This document shows, in pieces, positions 1 to 16,636 of a DNA stretch of 64,000 nt; position 1 is the first letter of the stretch; each line of letters starts with the position of its first letter. A program made the translations under genes and the position numbers. The notes below the pieces were generated by a model that had not been told where the DNA came from, made no database searches, and worked only from the letters and a program-made list of their open reading frames with translations. This DNA is from Eledone cirrhosa (taxonomy: Eukaryota), in NCBI GenBank assembly GCA_964016885.1, contig OZ024741.1, positions 213,342,001 to 213,406,000 on the forward strand, in the 5' to 3' direction.

Positions 1-47
1 AAAAAGAACGAATTTCTACAAATTTCATATCTGACGACCGAATACTA

Positions 48-459
48 ACATACATACATACATACATGCATACTTACACACATACACATACATACATACA
101 TACATACATACATACATACATACATACATACATACATACATACATACGTACATACTTACAATGGTAGCTCAAAACAATTAGACGATACATACCAAAGATA
201 ATATGCGGTGAGATCGAACCGACGGAAGAGATATTGTTAACAATCTATCGTTATTGTATCCATAAGGAAACTGTTAATGTACATCGAAATCATGTTGAAA
301 TTTCACACACACAACACGAACAGAAATACACACACACAGAGACACACACACACACACTCTCACACTGACACAAACACAAACAAAATTAAACACATGCACG
401 CACACGCACATACACACAAACACGCAGAGACACGCACACAGAGAGACACACGCAAAAAC

Positions 460-495
<36 letters not shown>

Positions 496-653
496 CCACA
501 CTCACACACACACACACACACTAACACAAACACGAACAAAACTAAACAGATGCACGCACACGCACACGCACACAAACACACACACGCAGAGACACACACA
601 CACGCAAAAACACGCACACACACACACAGACACCCACACTCACACACACACAC

Positions 654-725
<72 letters not shown>
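48..725. repeat. (TACA)n and degenerate (CA)n microsatellites
   Basis: Direct reading; HT/CV-rich ORFs here are artefacts. Confidence 0.95.
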
Positions 726-974
726 CACACGTGCGCATGATATGAAATTATATTAAGCTTTTATAAATTCAATATCCACAAAATATTACCCTTCCTAAAT
801 GAAGGTCGAAACAGTCCCTCAGCCAATTAAACGCGAATTAATGATAAATAAATATTCATGGCGCGCACACATCTCTCTTTTTATATACATAAATATACAT
901 ATATATATTTATATTTATATTTTTGAAACACCCACACACACGCATGTATATATATAATATATATGTGTGTGTGT

Positions 975-1198
975 AAACGGTAAACAGAAATAACAACACA
1001 ATCGGTACATTATATGGAAGGTATAATGTATGTATAACGAAGGAAATGTGGTAAAGAACCAGGTGGACCATAACGCACCAGAGTACTCGATACTTTGGAT
1101 AGTAGAGTGGGTAATAGGAATATGTTCAGGACCCCGACGGCAGAAATAGCCGTCGAAACGGCTTGAGCTCTGCTGTCGGGGTCCTGATCATTTTCCTA
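975..1198 (-). mobile_element. PLE terminal-repeat fragments (family F end plus PLE2-type terminal fold-back)
   Basis: 975-1021 matches 61518-61563; 1027-1120 is the reverse complement of about 49275-49353; inverted arms caggaccccgacggcaga / tctgctgtcggggtcctg. Confidence 0.7.
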
Positions 1199-1849
1199 TG
1201 AATGTATATATATGAATGTATGTATATTGTATTCACACTTATATGCTTGCTTATTTTATTATCCCTACCGTACATGTTTCTCAGAATATGCCCATATTCC
1301 CCCAACTCTCTCTTTCCAAATATATATACATGCGTGTGTGTACGCATCTATGTCTCTATTATCTGCAACATATATTCCTAATATGAAAGTACAGAGTCTT
1401 AACTCTCGATGAAATCTTAGGGTCGCCGTCGTTATACACATATTTTATTCATCGACTACGAAGGCACAAAATACAAAGTCACCCTCACCGTGAATTGAAC
1501 CGAAAAAAGTTGCCAGGTTTTTTTTTATTCATTTGACGTCCAAAACCCTATAGCAATTCACCGCCATATTCTTCATTATAACTAATATAACTATTGAAAC
1601 TTCCAACGTATGTTCACTAATTATGTCATGAAAGGATAGCTCCATAACTTCCGATTAAGTCGTTAGGGCGTCGTTATGAAATATTTTACATATGGTGGAT
1701 AGAAAAAAAAGGAAGAGATAGAGAGAGGGGCAGTGTGAGTGAACGGCAAAGAGACAGATAAACAAACCGGGAAATAGAGGGAGAAAAGGGAGAGAGAGAA
1801 AGGGGGTGAGGAGGAGAGAGAGAGAAAGAGAGGCAGAGAAGAATTGGCC

Positions 1850-1985
1850 CAAAATAATGTTGTGGTACTCTAAATAAATGAAAGGCAAAGTTGACTTCGA
1901 CAGGATGTGAACTGAGAGAGCAGTGAGTCGGAACAAATACCTAGACATTTTAGCCTACGCCATAACAACTTCGCCAATTCGCCGC
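1850..1985 (-). mobile_element. Degenerate tRNA-derived SINE
   Basis: atgaaaggcaaagttgac is the reverse complement of the SINE core; ttcgccaattcgccg marks the head. Confidence 0.6.
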
Positions 1986-3354
1986 AGGGTTGTTTAGGCA
2001 AATTCATAAATTGTTCTCAATATTTCTAAGAGCTTTTTTTTTCCTCTGTATACTCTAATCATTGACACTTGAGTGCTTTCAATCTTAATTCCTCTCAACA
2101 AAAGATGTTCCATCTTGTGATCTAATCGGTAAATTCACAACCATTAACTTTCATACTAGAATTAAATGCTGATGCTACCATAAAAACGATCACTAACATA
2201 TATACTAATAATAACACTTCGTTCTAGTGTATTAAAAAGTTTGTTTTGAACTCATATTTCTGGACAGTATTTGCAGAAAACGTTATGTCGATTTTGTCCA
2301 TAAAATTATTAGCACACCATAATTCTCAGTTCAAAAGCGGTTTATCAAAGCTATTTTTTCCTATGTGCTATGTAGGAAAACCACATAATATCATAGGATT
2401 TTGTCATTCCATTAAAGCAAAACCACATGAATCCGAGCTAATATATTTCATTGCAAATTTTTATAATTCTGTTTTGAATTTCATGGTGTGAGAAATAACC
2501 ATCAAGCATATTTTTAAGCGAAGTTTTTATTAAATAAAACATCGCTTATTACACTATTCAAAGTCACACCGTAACGAATGTACCGCAGTGTAAAACGTTA
2601 AACAGCCTGTAAACTGAGATGGTGAGGCGGTTTCAACGTACGTTAGAAGCCATTTCTGTGTGGTCTAGTGGTTAAGGGTGTTGGACTAACGATCATAAGG
2701 GAATGGGTTCACTTTATTGATCGAGTGTTTCGTTCTGTTATTAAACAATATACTATCACCTTTATTCTTCCCCTAGGAGTTGCGAGCAGAAGATATTATC
2801 AGCAATATTATCGCCATTGCTTCCTTTGTCTGATATGACGGTCGGCTCGGTTCCTTTACTATGTTTAAAGCCATTTACGGGAAGTATTTGGGGGATAATA
2901 ATGTCTTTGGGGATAGCAACTAGCACTTTCCACTTTCTGTCTCACTGCGGAAAATGAGCTTTAATCTCTACACAAACTAGAAACTACTCAAATACCACTC
3001 TACCATTTCCCTGAGTATTGTATGCCCACACACAACCCACAACCCCCCAATAAATAATAATAATAATAAATTCGGAAAAAAGTTACCTTCTTGGTCTTGG
3101 AGGACGAACTTATGTTAATGATTATCCAACACTTTTTTTCCAAAATTAAGCGAGTCAAAATGGTTGGAGGGGACGTTGTGTTGACGAAGTCGAAGTACTT
3201 TCGACGCCGGACAAATACTGTGATTAATTGAAAGACGTGACTATTTTATTTCTGTCTGTCCTAGCGTTTATCTCGCTTCGGTGCAGCTTCACATCCATGT
3301 GTATTGATGCGATTGAGATGTTCCTCCAATCAATAGGCTTGAGGTTTGATTTGG

Positions 3355-3492
3355 GAAGGTGGCCGTCTGGCAAAGTCGTTAAGGTGTCAGATTAAAAATA
3401 TTTCGAAGTTTCTTCCGGCTCTGAGTTCAATTAGAGCCGAGTTCAACTTTGGCATTCATAAATTCGAGGTCGATAAAATAAAGTATCAGTCA
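3355..3492 (+). mobile_element. tRNA-derived SINE
   Basis: B-box-like gagttcaatt and core gtcgataaaataaagtatcag. Confidence 0.75.
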
Positions 3493-3675
3493 ATTCTTTC
3501 ACTGGAAGATATCAGATGTGTTCTGAACTGTTGAGAGATGGACTCCACCACCGGGTTTAAAACTCACAATTCATTGTTGTGTGCTAAAACGGCGCCACTA
3601 CGACTCCATTAGGAGTTAAGGGACATCTACCCACTCCCACAATGAGAACTCTCCAGTATATCAATAGAAATGCTG

Positions 3676-3770
3676 TGCCTGGTGCTTAGGGTGTTGGACT
3701 CGCGATCATAAGATCGTTGGTTCAATTCCTGGACCGGACAACGCGTTGTTCTTGAGCATGACGCTTCATG
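3676..3770 (+). mobile_element. Second tRNA-derived SINE family (related heads near 2657-2712 + and 59630-59690 -)
   Basis: tRNA-like head with B box ggttcaattcc followed by tgttcttgagca. Confidence 0.55.
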
Positions 3771-3877
3771 TAACACTACAGTAAACATCCTGTGTTGGTA
3801 TACTCCTAGGGCGGTGAGGATGCTGTAGGGTGGAGCAATGTATTACTTAACTTAATTCACCACTATCACAGCATTTA

Positions 3878-4430
3878 CCTCGATGGTCGTGGTATTCCTG
3901 CCGGATGGAGCAATTTACCCTTCCTTCCATCCATTATTCTCAGGAAGTCTTCATCTCAAGGGAGGTAAGGTCGCAGCAGGGTGGGGCAATGAACCCTCTT
4001 TTCTCCATTCATTATTCCCACGAATTCTTCACCCCGAAGTTCACGAGGTCTCTGCATGGTGGATGAATGAACCCTTCTCCCTCCATCCCTTAATCTCAGA
4101 AAGTCTTCACCTTGAGGGTCGTGGTATTCTTGCAGGATGGAGCAATTTAGTCTTCCTTCCATTCCTTAATCGCAGAAAGACTTCATCTTGAGGGTCATGA
4201 TATTACTGCAGGATGGAACAATTTACCCTTCCTTCCATCCCTTAATCTCAGAAAGTCTTCACCTCGAGGGTCGTAAAGTCGCTGCAGGATGGAACAATGT
4301 AACGTTCGCTCCATCCATCCTTGTCTCGAAGTAACAACAGGGTAATCTACGAAGACCTGTGTGTTAACCACTGTAAATAAAATGTCGTAAGGTCGTTGCA
4401 GAGATTGAAGCAATGTACCACCATTTTCCA
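3878..4430. repeat. ~77-bp minisatellite, about 6-7 degenerate units
   Basis: gagggtcgtggtattc..gcaggatggagcaatttaccc..cttccatccc recurs near 3881, 3959, 4036, 4114, 4190 and 4266. Confidence 0.75.
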
Positions 4431-4837
4431 TCTATCTCTGTCGCGGATCATGACTTGGGCTGCCACTAAGAGATTACTGATTAATTTAGTGAGGTTATCT
4501 ACCCGCCTTTGTCATTCCTGTCGTCTTTTTTAATTGATTTGTTCCTCGAAAGATGGTCGCGGTCATTCCATATAATTTTCCTTTATTTACAGTGGTTAGC
4601 AAGCAGGACTCGGTAGCTACTCTCATATTCACTGATTTCCGAGTGAAGGCTTTTGTTCTGTATGTATTGAGGTAGGAGCTGCCCATGGATATTTTGTGTG
4701 TTGTAAAATGTATTATAATGTTGAGTTATACACCATTATTTTGATTATTATAATAGAATCCGTAAATCAGTCACACCAGAGGAATGTCAGCGACATAAAA
4801 CATACTTGTATAAGCATGATAGATTATTGTGAGCGTA

Positions 4838-6990
<2,153 letters not shown>

Positions 6991-7422
6991 CTGTGTAGGT
7001 GATGGTTATTAATTGTTGATTTTGTTCGCTCTTCTCACTCGTGTTAGGTCTACCAATCATTCAATCTATTCATTCATCCTTATCATTTGAAGAGAGGTTA
7101 ACGGTGTAGGGGGAGGGGGGGTATATCGATGCATGTGTGTGTGTGTGTGTGTGTGTGTGTCGCCAGTATCCATTTTTTTTTCAGGGTATGATACGCCTGT
7201 GAGGTTGGTTTTCTTTTCGGATAATGGTGCTACCTCTCTTTTGTTCTTGATTATATATTTGGGTCTTTAGTCTTTGCTCTTAATTGTATTACTACTCTGA
7301 TAAAATACTTTGCTGTGTCCCTTCTCGCTCTCTATGCTATGAATTCAAATCTCTTCCAAGTTAACATTGCCTTTCATCCTTTCGAATTCGATAAAGAAAG
7401 TTCTAATACAATACGTGGGTAG

Positions 7423-7529
<107 letters not shown>

Positions 7530-7823
7530 CTTTCTTTGTCTCTCTCTCGCTCTCTCTCGCTCTTATTCACTTTCGCTGTCGCGTTGGTGTCCTCTATATT
7601 TCGCTGGAAGAAATCGGCTGTGCATAGAATTGAAGATGGATGAGCTCTCCCATGCTTACAACTCCAACAGAAGCTACAGGTTCGCGATCTGATTGTTTTG
7701 TTCTCCTGCATCAATGAGGTTGTTCACAGTCTGATTGTGGTAAGTAGGGAATACCACCTGTATTAGCAAAACTAGAAAGGTCTAACAACAATTTGGCCCT
7801 TTTATATATTTTCTTCTCTTTAG

Positions 7824-7860
<37 letters not shown>

Positions 7861-8164
7861 ATTGATATTATACTCCAGAAGAAACTTGTAGAGTGTTTCT
7901 AATCTGTTATAAACTAAATTTGTTGAATAACCAATAAATTAAATAACTTATTGCTTATATATATATATTTCAATGACCGCGTTCAGTATGAATCCGGTGA
8001 CAACATCAGGTATTCCGAAATTTATCCAACAAAGGAATATAATAGACACAATACAAGGGGCTGAAAAGCAGAGAGAGATACCAAGACGAGAAGGCGGCAA
8101 AAAATTAACAGTTGCTAGTCCGGGTGGCCACCTTCCAGGAATTAAACCAGTCCAGCCTCCTGTT

Positions 8165-11075
8165 ATTTTATAATAATTAACTCCCATGCTAATCTGATCT
8201 CCTAGGTACCGGAATCTATCCACAACTTCTATAGCACCCAACTGCATTTGAAAAATGTGTCTATCAATGCGACTTCTACTGTCTAATTTCCCTGTATATC
8301 TACTGCATACGTATTTCTCCCTACCTGTTAGTTTGCCTGCTATCCCACTACATCTCTTGTGTACCCAGGATCTGCATTGTGTGCATTTTATAGAATCATG
8401 CAGGTTCCTTTTCTACATATCGAAAATGGCCATTTCCCTGACGGAATCAGAGTGTCGACCTCTTTTCTACTCATCAACACTTTTGTCTTAGCTAGGTTCA
8501 CTCTCAGTCCTCTTGCTTCCAACTGCTGTTTCCATAGCCAGAATTTATTCTCTAGCTCCTCTACTGATTCTGCTATAAGAACCAGATCGTCAGCATAGAG
8601 AATTTCCCATGGACAGCCAGTCTTAAACTCCTCTGTTATGGCTCGGAGGACTATAATGAACAAGAACTCCATCACTTGCTTACTGAGATATCACAAACGA
8701 CTTACCTATGCTGTGGGGTACATTCTTCCTCGGTATTTGACAGCATCTGCCTGTTCCGCTGCCTAACTAGTAAGAAGTCAATCTGGCATATGTGCTCGCC
8801 TGATTTGTAGGTTATTAGGTGGTTGGTAGGTTTCTGGAATTTCCCATGGACAGCCAGTCTTAAACTCCTCTGTTATGGCTTGGAGGACTATAATGAACAA
8901 GAGCGGGCTGAGGACCGAACCTTCATGTACTCTTACTTGTATCTGTAATTCCTCACTAAACTCCATTCCTACCCTGACTTTACTGACAGCACCTCTGTAC
9001 AAAGTTTGCAATATCCTCACAAGCCATTCTTCAACACCTAGTTTCCATAGGGACCACCAGATGACAGATCGGGGTACCCTATCAAAGGCCTTCTCTAGGT
9101 CAAAAAAGGCTAAGTATAGTGGCTTATTCTTTTCTAAGAACCTCTCTTCTAATTGTCTCACCAAGAAGAGGGCATCTGTTGTACTTTTCCCAGGCACAAA
9201 ACCGAACTGAATCTCATCTAGTTTGACCCTTTCCCTAATTAGTTGTGCTAATATCCTTTCTACCACTTTCATAACCTGATCCATCAGTTTCATACCCCTA
9301 TAATTGCTCCTCTCCAGAGCATTCCCTTTAACTTTGTAGCAATTTATGAGAATATTGCTGCACCAGTCTTTGGTTATGACACCACCATATTTAGCCTGAT
9401 TGATGATGCGTGCAACCAGTTTAGTGCCTACGTCCCCTTATGCCTTCAGCATTACAGCAACTATCCCCGATGGTCCAGCAGCCTTACCATTTTTCATTTC
9501 CTTAACCGCATTTTGGACACTATATTCGTCAATCTCAATAGCTGGTCCCTCTGTCGGATCTATTGAGGGTAATTTCTCTCTCTCCCATTCGTTCTCCACA
9601 TTCATCAGTCTCTCATAATGACATTTCCAGGCCTCCTTTTTCTGACCATTCGTGACACTAAATACACCGGCATCATTCCGGACACATTTATCTCCAACAA
9701 CATCCTGATTTGCATTGACACACTACCTTGCAATGTGAAACACCGCACGCCTCGGATCTTCCCGTCGCAGAACATTGGCAAACCTCCTTCTCTCAGCCTA
9801 CCTGCGTGCTAAGTACACCTGACGTCTATCTTCTCTCTTAGCGGCTGTATATCCTTCTCTACTCCCACCCTTTTCCCAAGCCTTCCATGCTAGTCTTTTG
9901 TCTCTAATGGCCTTATCTACTGTGCTGTTCCACCACCAGGTCACTGCCTGTCTGGTTGGAGCTCTGCTCCAGCCACAAGTTTCATCAGTAGCCTGCAGTA
10001 AGTTGTCACGTAAGAAATTCCAGTTATTATCTGTCATACGTCTCTAAATCGTCTTCTTTTTCGTCATACACTTCTTGAAGGGCTTTCCTAAATTTGTATT
10101 TTAGTGAAAGGTCTTTTAGCTTCAAGACCTTTCTTATCCACACCTCCCTGTATGACTCATTCCATCTCTTGCTTACTGAGATATCACTAACGACTTACCT
10201 ATGCTGTGGGTACATTCTTCCCCAGGGTATGCCTTGGTATTAGACACTATCTGCCTGTGCCGCTGCCTAACTAGTAAAACGTCAATCTGGCTTATGTGCT
10301 CGCCTGATTTGTAGGTTATTAGGTGGTTGGCAGGTTTCTGGAAGTTAGTGTTGCAAAGAGTCAGTGTACTTGCATCACAAAATTCAAGAAGTCTCACTCT
10401 TTCATCATTTCTTGAGCCGTAACTGTGCTCACCATGTACCCCAGTGTAACCATCCTGGAGCTGTCCAACATGACCATTGAAGTCCCCTGCTAGCATAATG
10501 ATGTCTCCGTCCTCTGTCATTGCGGCTGTTTGTAAAAGTTGCTCGTAAAAGCAGTCTTTCTCTTCTTTGCCTAGGCCTGCTTGGGGAGCATAGATAGCGA
10601 TGATTGTCAGTAGTCTCCTGCCTACAACTAATCTAGGCTTAATTATTCGATTATTAACTCGAACTTCCTCTATTGTCTTATTAATCCATCTCTCAGCCAG
10701 GAAAATGCCTACTCCCCCTAACCCATCATCCTTATCTACCCAGAAAAGCTTATAGCTAAGATGTTTGCCTGCGACTAGTCTTGCAGAGGCACCTCTCCAT
10801 CTCACCTCTTGCACGCAGCACACATCCACATGCCTTCTCTCCAGCATCTCCGCTATTTCAGCAGATCTACCTGTGAGAGTGCCAACATTAAGTGTTGCAA
10901 CTCTGAGATGCGACGTCTTCATATTTTTTTTGTTGTTGTTGTTCCTATATACTTGTTGCTGTGCTTGTAGTTGTTTTTGTATTGATACACTGGTTGGATG
11001 CCCTTCCTAACACGAGTGCCACTTTACAGCATGGACTGGGTGCTTTTATTCGTGCCACCAGCACTAGAGAGGATG
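8165..11075 (-). mobile_element. RTE-clade LINE, APE endonuclease + RT, frameshifted and internally rearranged
   Basis: ORF 10173-10922 has APE motifs (TLNVGTL, CVQEVRW, GDFNGHVG, QID); 8778-9293 and 8388-8675 have RT motifs (QFGF, DLEKAFD, GSVLSPLLF, YADD); FRYLG at about 8200. Confidence 0.93.
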
Positions 11076-11509
11076 TCTTACTGGACTCATGGGCCCTCTC
11101 TACCCCTCCATTTTACAGCATGGTCATAAAAAGAAAAAAAACATTACTTATTGACACTCACGGCACACACACACACACACACACACACATTCACACTCAC
11201 TCACACACCAACACTCATGCATACAAACACACCCGCCACTCACACACCAACACTCATGCATACAAACACACACACGTACATATATTACCGTCAGTACTGA
11301 TACAAAATCATGTCAACTGTTGAATTTTCCAGTTCAGTTTTATATAATAATAATAATTGTTTGCATTACAGCAAAGAGCAACGGCTCTCCACTCTCCGGG
11401 CCCCAAAACAAGGCATCAGCAATGCGCTGGGACAATCGCTGCCCCGTGCCAAGAACAGAATAGTTATTTAGTATCATATTTGTTTTCTTCTTCTTAAGGC
11501 CTGATCGCT

Positions 11510-11659
11510 GGTGATGGTGGTGGTGGTGGATGGTGGTGGTGGTGGTGGTGGTGGTGGTGGATGGTGCCAGTGATGGTGGTGGTGGTGAAGGAGGTAGATA
11601 ATGTCAGTGATGGTTATGGTGGTGGTGGTGGATGGTGTCAGTGATGGTAGTGGCAGTTA

Positions 11660-11703
<44 letters not shown>

Positions 11704-12060
11704 GCTGCTGCTGCTACCGTTGTTGTTGTTCATTTCACTGCTGCGGCTGCTGCTGCTGCTGCTGCTGCTGCTGCAGACAATTGTGTTGTTGCTGCTGTTG
11801 TTGTTGTTGCTGATGTTGTAGTCGCTGGGTTGAAATTTTGAAATTTGGTCGCTTCGCGTGTGTGATATATACACATACATATATATACATACACATATAT
11901 ATATACATACACACACACATTCAACACAGACAATGGTGTTGTTGCTGTTGTTGTTGTTGCTGTTGCTGTTGTTGTAGTTGATGTTGTTGTTGTAGTTGGT
12001 GTTGTTGCTGTTGCTGTTGTTGTAGTTGATGTTGTTGTTGTAGTTGTTGCTGTTGCTGTA
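11510..12060. repeat. (GGT)n/(GTT)n/(GCT)n trinucleotide repeats
   Basis: Direct reading. Confidence 0.9.
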
Positions 12061-12099
12061 TTTAAATCTGGACGCATCGACTGAGATATATATATATAT

Positions 12100-12135
12100 A
12101 CTAGCAATGTATCCCGGCGTTGCACGGGTAAGAAC
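12100..12135 (-). mobile_element. Helitron-like 3' end
   Basis: Reverse complement cccgtgcaacgccggg..ctag, same as the end at 37818-37844. Confidence 0.6.
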
Positions 12136-12197
12136 ATTGGTAATATCACCTTCAATGAGAAACGTTTATTTGTGAGTGCCTGTTAAAAACTCACGAA

Positions 12198-12420
12198 CTG
12201 GACATGCTCACCGACATCCAGAGTTGACACTGCACTCAGTGCTCCTGTGGAAGCCCCTGCGTGGACACACTGGAAGAGGAATACCGAAGTAAACATGTTG
12301 ATGCCCTAAGGACAGACACTGGTCTGTTGGAGACGCAGGACATGGCAGCGATAATGAGGGACAGAAACCGCTGGAGAGAACTCATCCATGGATCTCGGTA
12401 ATTTTACCCGCCCTAGATAG
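12198..12420 (+). mobile_element. 3' fragment of a second RTE-type LINE
   Basis: Encodes GHAHRHPELTLHSVLLW..; homologous to 23670-23890 (-). Confidence 0.8.
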
Positions 12421-12453
12421 GTAGATATATTTTTGTGTATATTTATATATATG

Positions 12454-12555
<102 letters not shown>

Positions 12556-12639
12556 TATGTGTTTGTATATGTATGTATATCTATCCATATATATAAAAGT
12601 GAAGTTGTCTGTGTGTGTGTGTGTGTGTCCTCATTTTTG

Positions 12640-13165
12640 CACCGCCAAGGAAGCACCAGAGATGTCGCAGCCCCAGCGCGTGTTTGCGTGCGCATTATCA
12701 CCCACGGCATGCCCAGCCCTCCAGGCAACAGGTGTTGACAGCAGATGGATCCTCTGACCTGGGAGTACGTCCCTTCCATAAAAAGCGGAAGAGGAGGCGC
12801 TTCATTTTTGTCAGAAATGGGCCGGGGCAAGGCACAACGGTTAGGCGGTAGCAGATGACGGTTGCGATGAACGCATTCGCCAACTCTGCCCGACCTTTCA
12901 GGGACAGCTTTCTCTCAGCCCATTTCTGGGTGAGAGAGGCCTCCCTGTTCGTCACCTCGCTCCAGTTTTTCTCCATCTGGAGGTCCGGACCGAACCAGAT
13001 CCCGAGCAATTTAACCGGTCCTTCCGTCCAGCGCCCCACGACGCTCTCGGGCGGCATGGACTTGCCTCTGCAGGTGCTGAGCTGCAAGCCCACTGACTTT
13101 TCCTGGTTTAACTTTGCTCCTGTCACTGCTTCATATTCCTTGAGAGCGTTGCCGAGCATCTGGAC
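12640..13165 (-). pseudogene. L1/Tx1-clade LINE ORF2 fragment (RT thumb region)
   Basis: GAKLNQEKS, KLLGIWF, LSLKGRA, FRFLWKG, GGLGMP. Confidence 0.85.
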
Positions 13166-13453
13166 ATTTCCGGCACGTGACCGGGCCGCTCTGATTATGC
13201 GCCTGTAGACTGAGGAGTGTAAAACTGAGAGAGGGTGCTTGCCCTGGTGGTAAAGGTGGACGTGGTCTTTTGTGTGCTTTTCGCCACCAGTGACACTCGG
13301 AATTGTCCCCCTTATTGCGGAATTTTTGAATTTTTTTTTATTTCTATCTTCTTGTTATAACCTTTATTATACGGCCAAATCCCACCCTGGAGAGAACTCG
13401 TCCATGGATCTCGGGAATTTTACCCGCCCTAGATAGATTTTTATGTGTATATT

Positions 13454-13518
<65 letters not shown>

Positions 13519-13571
13519 ATATATATATATATGTGTATATGTGTTTGTATATGTATGTATATATATATATA

Positions 13572-13628
13572 TGTAAGTATGTATGTATACGTACATACAT
13601 ATATGTATACAGACGTACAGTAGCATGC

Positions 13629-13659
<31 letters not shown>

Positions 13660-14087
13660 CAGGTACACATACATATATGTACGTATCAGTTTAGCGGACG
13701 CTTATTATAACGCCCGCTTTGTCGTTTGTAAACAAACTGACAGCCTGAATTTATGCCGTACGGTGTTAAGGCAACCACGTCACCGTTTTGTTCAACACTG
13801 ACACAGGAACGATGTACTAGTTTCAAGCTTGTTAGCTATCATCAGCACCGTATGCCCTTCTACCAGATGGTTGAACGTTCGAAAGTATATACTTTCCTTA
13901 TGAAAATTAACGGCTGAGCAGACTAATTTGCATATCGAGTGAGTTCAGTCGGCCAGGCGCACCCAAAAAGATAAGTTGTAATAAAATGAAAACGAAATTT
14001 CATTTCTCACTCTTAATACGGCACTTACTTAAATGTAAGTATGTATGTATACGTACATACATATATGTATACAGACGTACAGTAGCA

Positions 14088-14092
<5 letters not shown>
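13572..14092 (-). repeat. Family A HHR repeat, about 1.2 units
   Basis: Homologous to the unit at 21391-22953; starts and ends in (TA)n. Confidence 0.9.
13809..13851 (-). ncRNA. Type I hammerhead ribozyme (family A)
   Basis: acggtg CUGAUGA uagcu-aaca-agcuu GAAA cuag UA caucgu. Confidence 0.88.
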
Positions 14093-14166
<74 letters not shown>

Positions 14167-14287
14167 TATTTTCCGTTGTATAAATATTACACACAGTAAT
14201 ATATAAATATTACACACAGTAGATTGACAGCTCACGTAGAGTTTGCTCGACGGTTCCAGTTGTAGTTCCAAAAGTAATCCGGAGAAA

Positions 14288-14751
14288 AATAGAAAGATTT
14301 GAATGGATACAGTTTAGTTAAAGCTTTTCCAGGAGCCAAAATTTCTGCAAATTATGTAATCTTGAGATTTATTACATAATCACACACAAGAAGAAATTGC
14401 TGAATAACAGAATTGAACGAACATTATTCTGCCGTCACAGAACTAAAACCCTTTTTTCCCACTACAAGCCGAATATTACATAAAAGAGGGACATCCCCCC
14501 AACTATATAAACCTCATTCTAGTTAGAAAAATATAAAAACAATCTCTTCTCAACATATATTAATAACCTTAAATTACCACACTAATAATGGAAAGATATG
14601 CTGATGAAAATAGGTGCAAATATGCGATAATGAATGTGTCTAAAAACGTCCATAAGTATGTATATATATGTGAAAATGTATATAAATAAGTAAATATATA
14701 TATATGTTTGATGTGTATAGTAGGATGTAAGTGTATTCATGTATTAAAGTG

Positions 14752-14796
<45 letters not shown>

Positions 14797-15510
14797 ATAT
14801 ATATATGTGTGTATAGATGTGTATGTATATGTGTACACATAGACTAGAGTATGTATGTATATATGTGTGTGTCTATGCGAGTGTATATAAAGATAAGTTG
14901 AGTATGAAAATGTATACACATGAACGCGTATGTATGTACATGAATACATGTGTGTATATATATATGTATGCATGTGTATATGTATGTAAGTATGAATATG
15001 TGAATGTGAGTATATGTATTTTGTAGAGGTGTGCAAATATATTTGTGTGTGAATGCGTGGGTGAAAGGATACGTACACTTGAAAGAAAAATTTAAGTCTG
15101 AATGTTAATTAAGTGCAAACACAAAACCAACCACGCATATCTTTACTATCTCTAATCCTTCTATAAATTTAGAAAAATAACCAATAATATATTCTATAAA
15201 AATGTCAAAACAACAGATGGGAATCTAATTACTCACTGCCACCAAAAATTCTCACTGCTATCAACAAACCACTCCCTCAACTATTCTTCTAACAACTTCA
15301 CCCCTCCCTCCTAATATTCTCTATAAAAACCAAATAGGTCCCCAGTAATATTATTCTGATGAAATGACAGTAAATAATAACATTGAAATATTGAATGTCT
15401 GCATAACTAAAACTTTGTAGATAGCAGCTGTTTTCAGGTTATGTAACTGTTATAGAAACACGTGTCAATAAATTCCTTTCAACTAAACTGTATCCATTCA
15501 AATCTTTCTA
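14288..15510 (+). mobile_element. Degraded fold-back element, possible PLE relic, with a degenerate HHR-like motif at about 15350-15400
   Basis: Inverted ends 14288-14322 / 15478-15510; CTGATGA aatg..catt GAAA but weak stem I and cleavage site. Confidence 0.4.
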
Positions 15511-15731
15511 TATATATTTTACATTCATTTAAATTATTGATTTATTGATATTTTTTATCTGATTGTCCCGAATCTTCTGTTATCGATTTTTTATCGTGCG
15601 GTTGATTTTAGACTTGTTCTATGTGTGACGATAGTTATAGCTCTGAGTTATCTGAATTATTGAGCCCTCTGCCGCTCATTTCGAATTTTGTTTATCGTGA
15701 ACTCGTGCGCCGATTTTTCGATACTCGATCA

Positions 15732-15776
<45 letters not shown>

Positions 15777-15793
15777 ACAGACGTACAGTAGCA

Positions 15794-15869
<76 letters not shown>

Positions 15870-16119
15870 CTGGTACATACCTATTTGAATTGAAGGCCAT
15901 TTTGTAATAGGGGACAGGTAAGCGTAAAATTTAAAATTTAAATAGAGATTGCTCTGGAAAAATATATGGAATATTTCTGTAGCTTCCACAGCTTCTGTCA
16001 GAACATTTGCCCGGAGTTCAATCAACAAAAAGTTTGTTGTTGTATTTTGATCTTTCAAAATACGAAAATTACTAACACTTACCTCCTCTAAAAACAGTGT
16101 GTTGTCCTATCTATGAGCT

Positions 16120-16194
<75 letters not shown>

Positions 16195-16306
16195 GTAGAA
16201 AAGATAAGACACCTGAGAGAGAGACAGTTCGCCATCAGTCAAACAGGGAAAAAGCACCACATTAATGACAGGGAATAGCGAGAGTCTAGGCTCCGTTAAT
16301 TTATCG

Positions 16307-16362
<56 letters not shown>

Positions 16363-16593
16363 CGTTTCTGAATTTGTTTAGCAAGATTCTTTATCTGAAA
16401 TCGTGTGTTGAAACCGATATTGTTATACTTTGGGAGGTTCATGTTGCCAATAAGAAACACACGCACCAGTTGCTTTCACTTCAATTTATTATATATTTAT
16501 AAATTTATAAATTTACAAATTTACAAATCTACAAACTTATAAATTTCTGGTTGGTTGGTTGGTTCCACAACCAGATAGTTGTTTATATATATA

Positions 16594-16636
16594 GTCATAG
16601 TCCTTTCGTCACACACTCTGTGACCTCTTCAGTGAC
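16594..16636 (-). ncRNA. Minimal type I hammerhead (family B) in the PLE1 3' terminal repeat
   Basis: guca CUGAAGA g gucac-agagugu-gugac GAAA ggac UA ugac. Confidence 0.85.

Noticed and set aside
3878-4430. CRISPR-like periodicity
   Set aside because: The whole unit repeats with no unique spacers or cas genes; eukaryotic minisatellite
7950-8015. HHR-like motif on - strand
   Set aside because: Core reads CUGAUGU and stem I does not pair
14595-14630. Lone CTGANGA hits (also at 31, 5266, 24347, 36798, 58483 and 60863)
   Set aside because: No stem II plus GAAA plus UH; expected by chance
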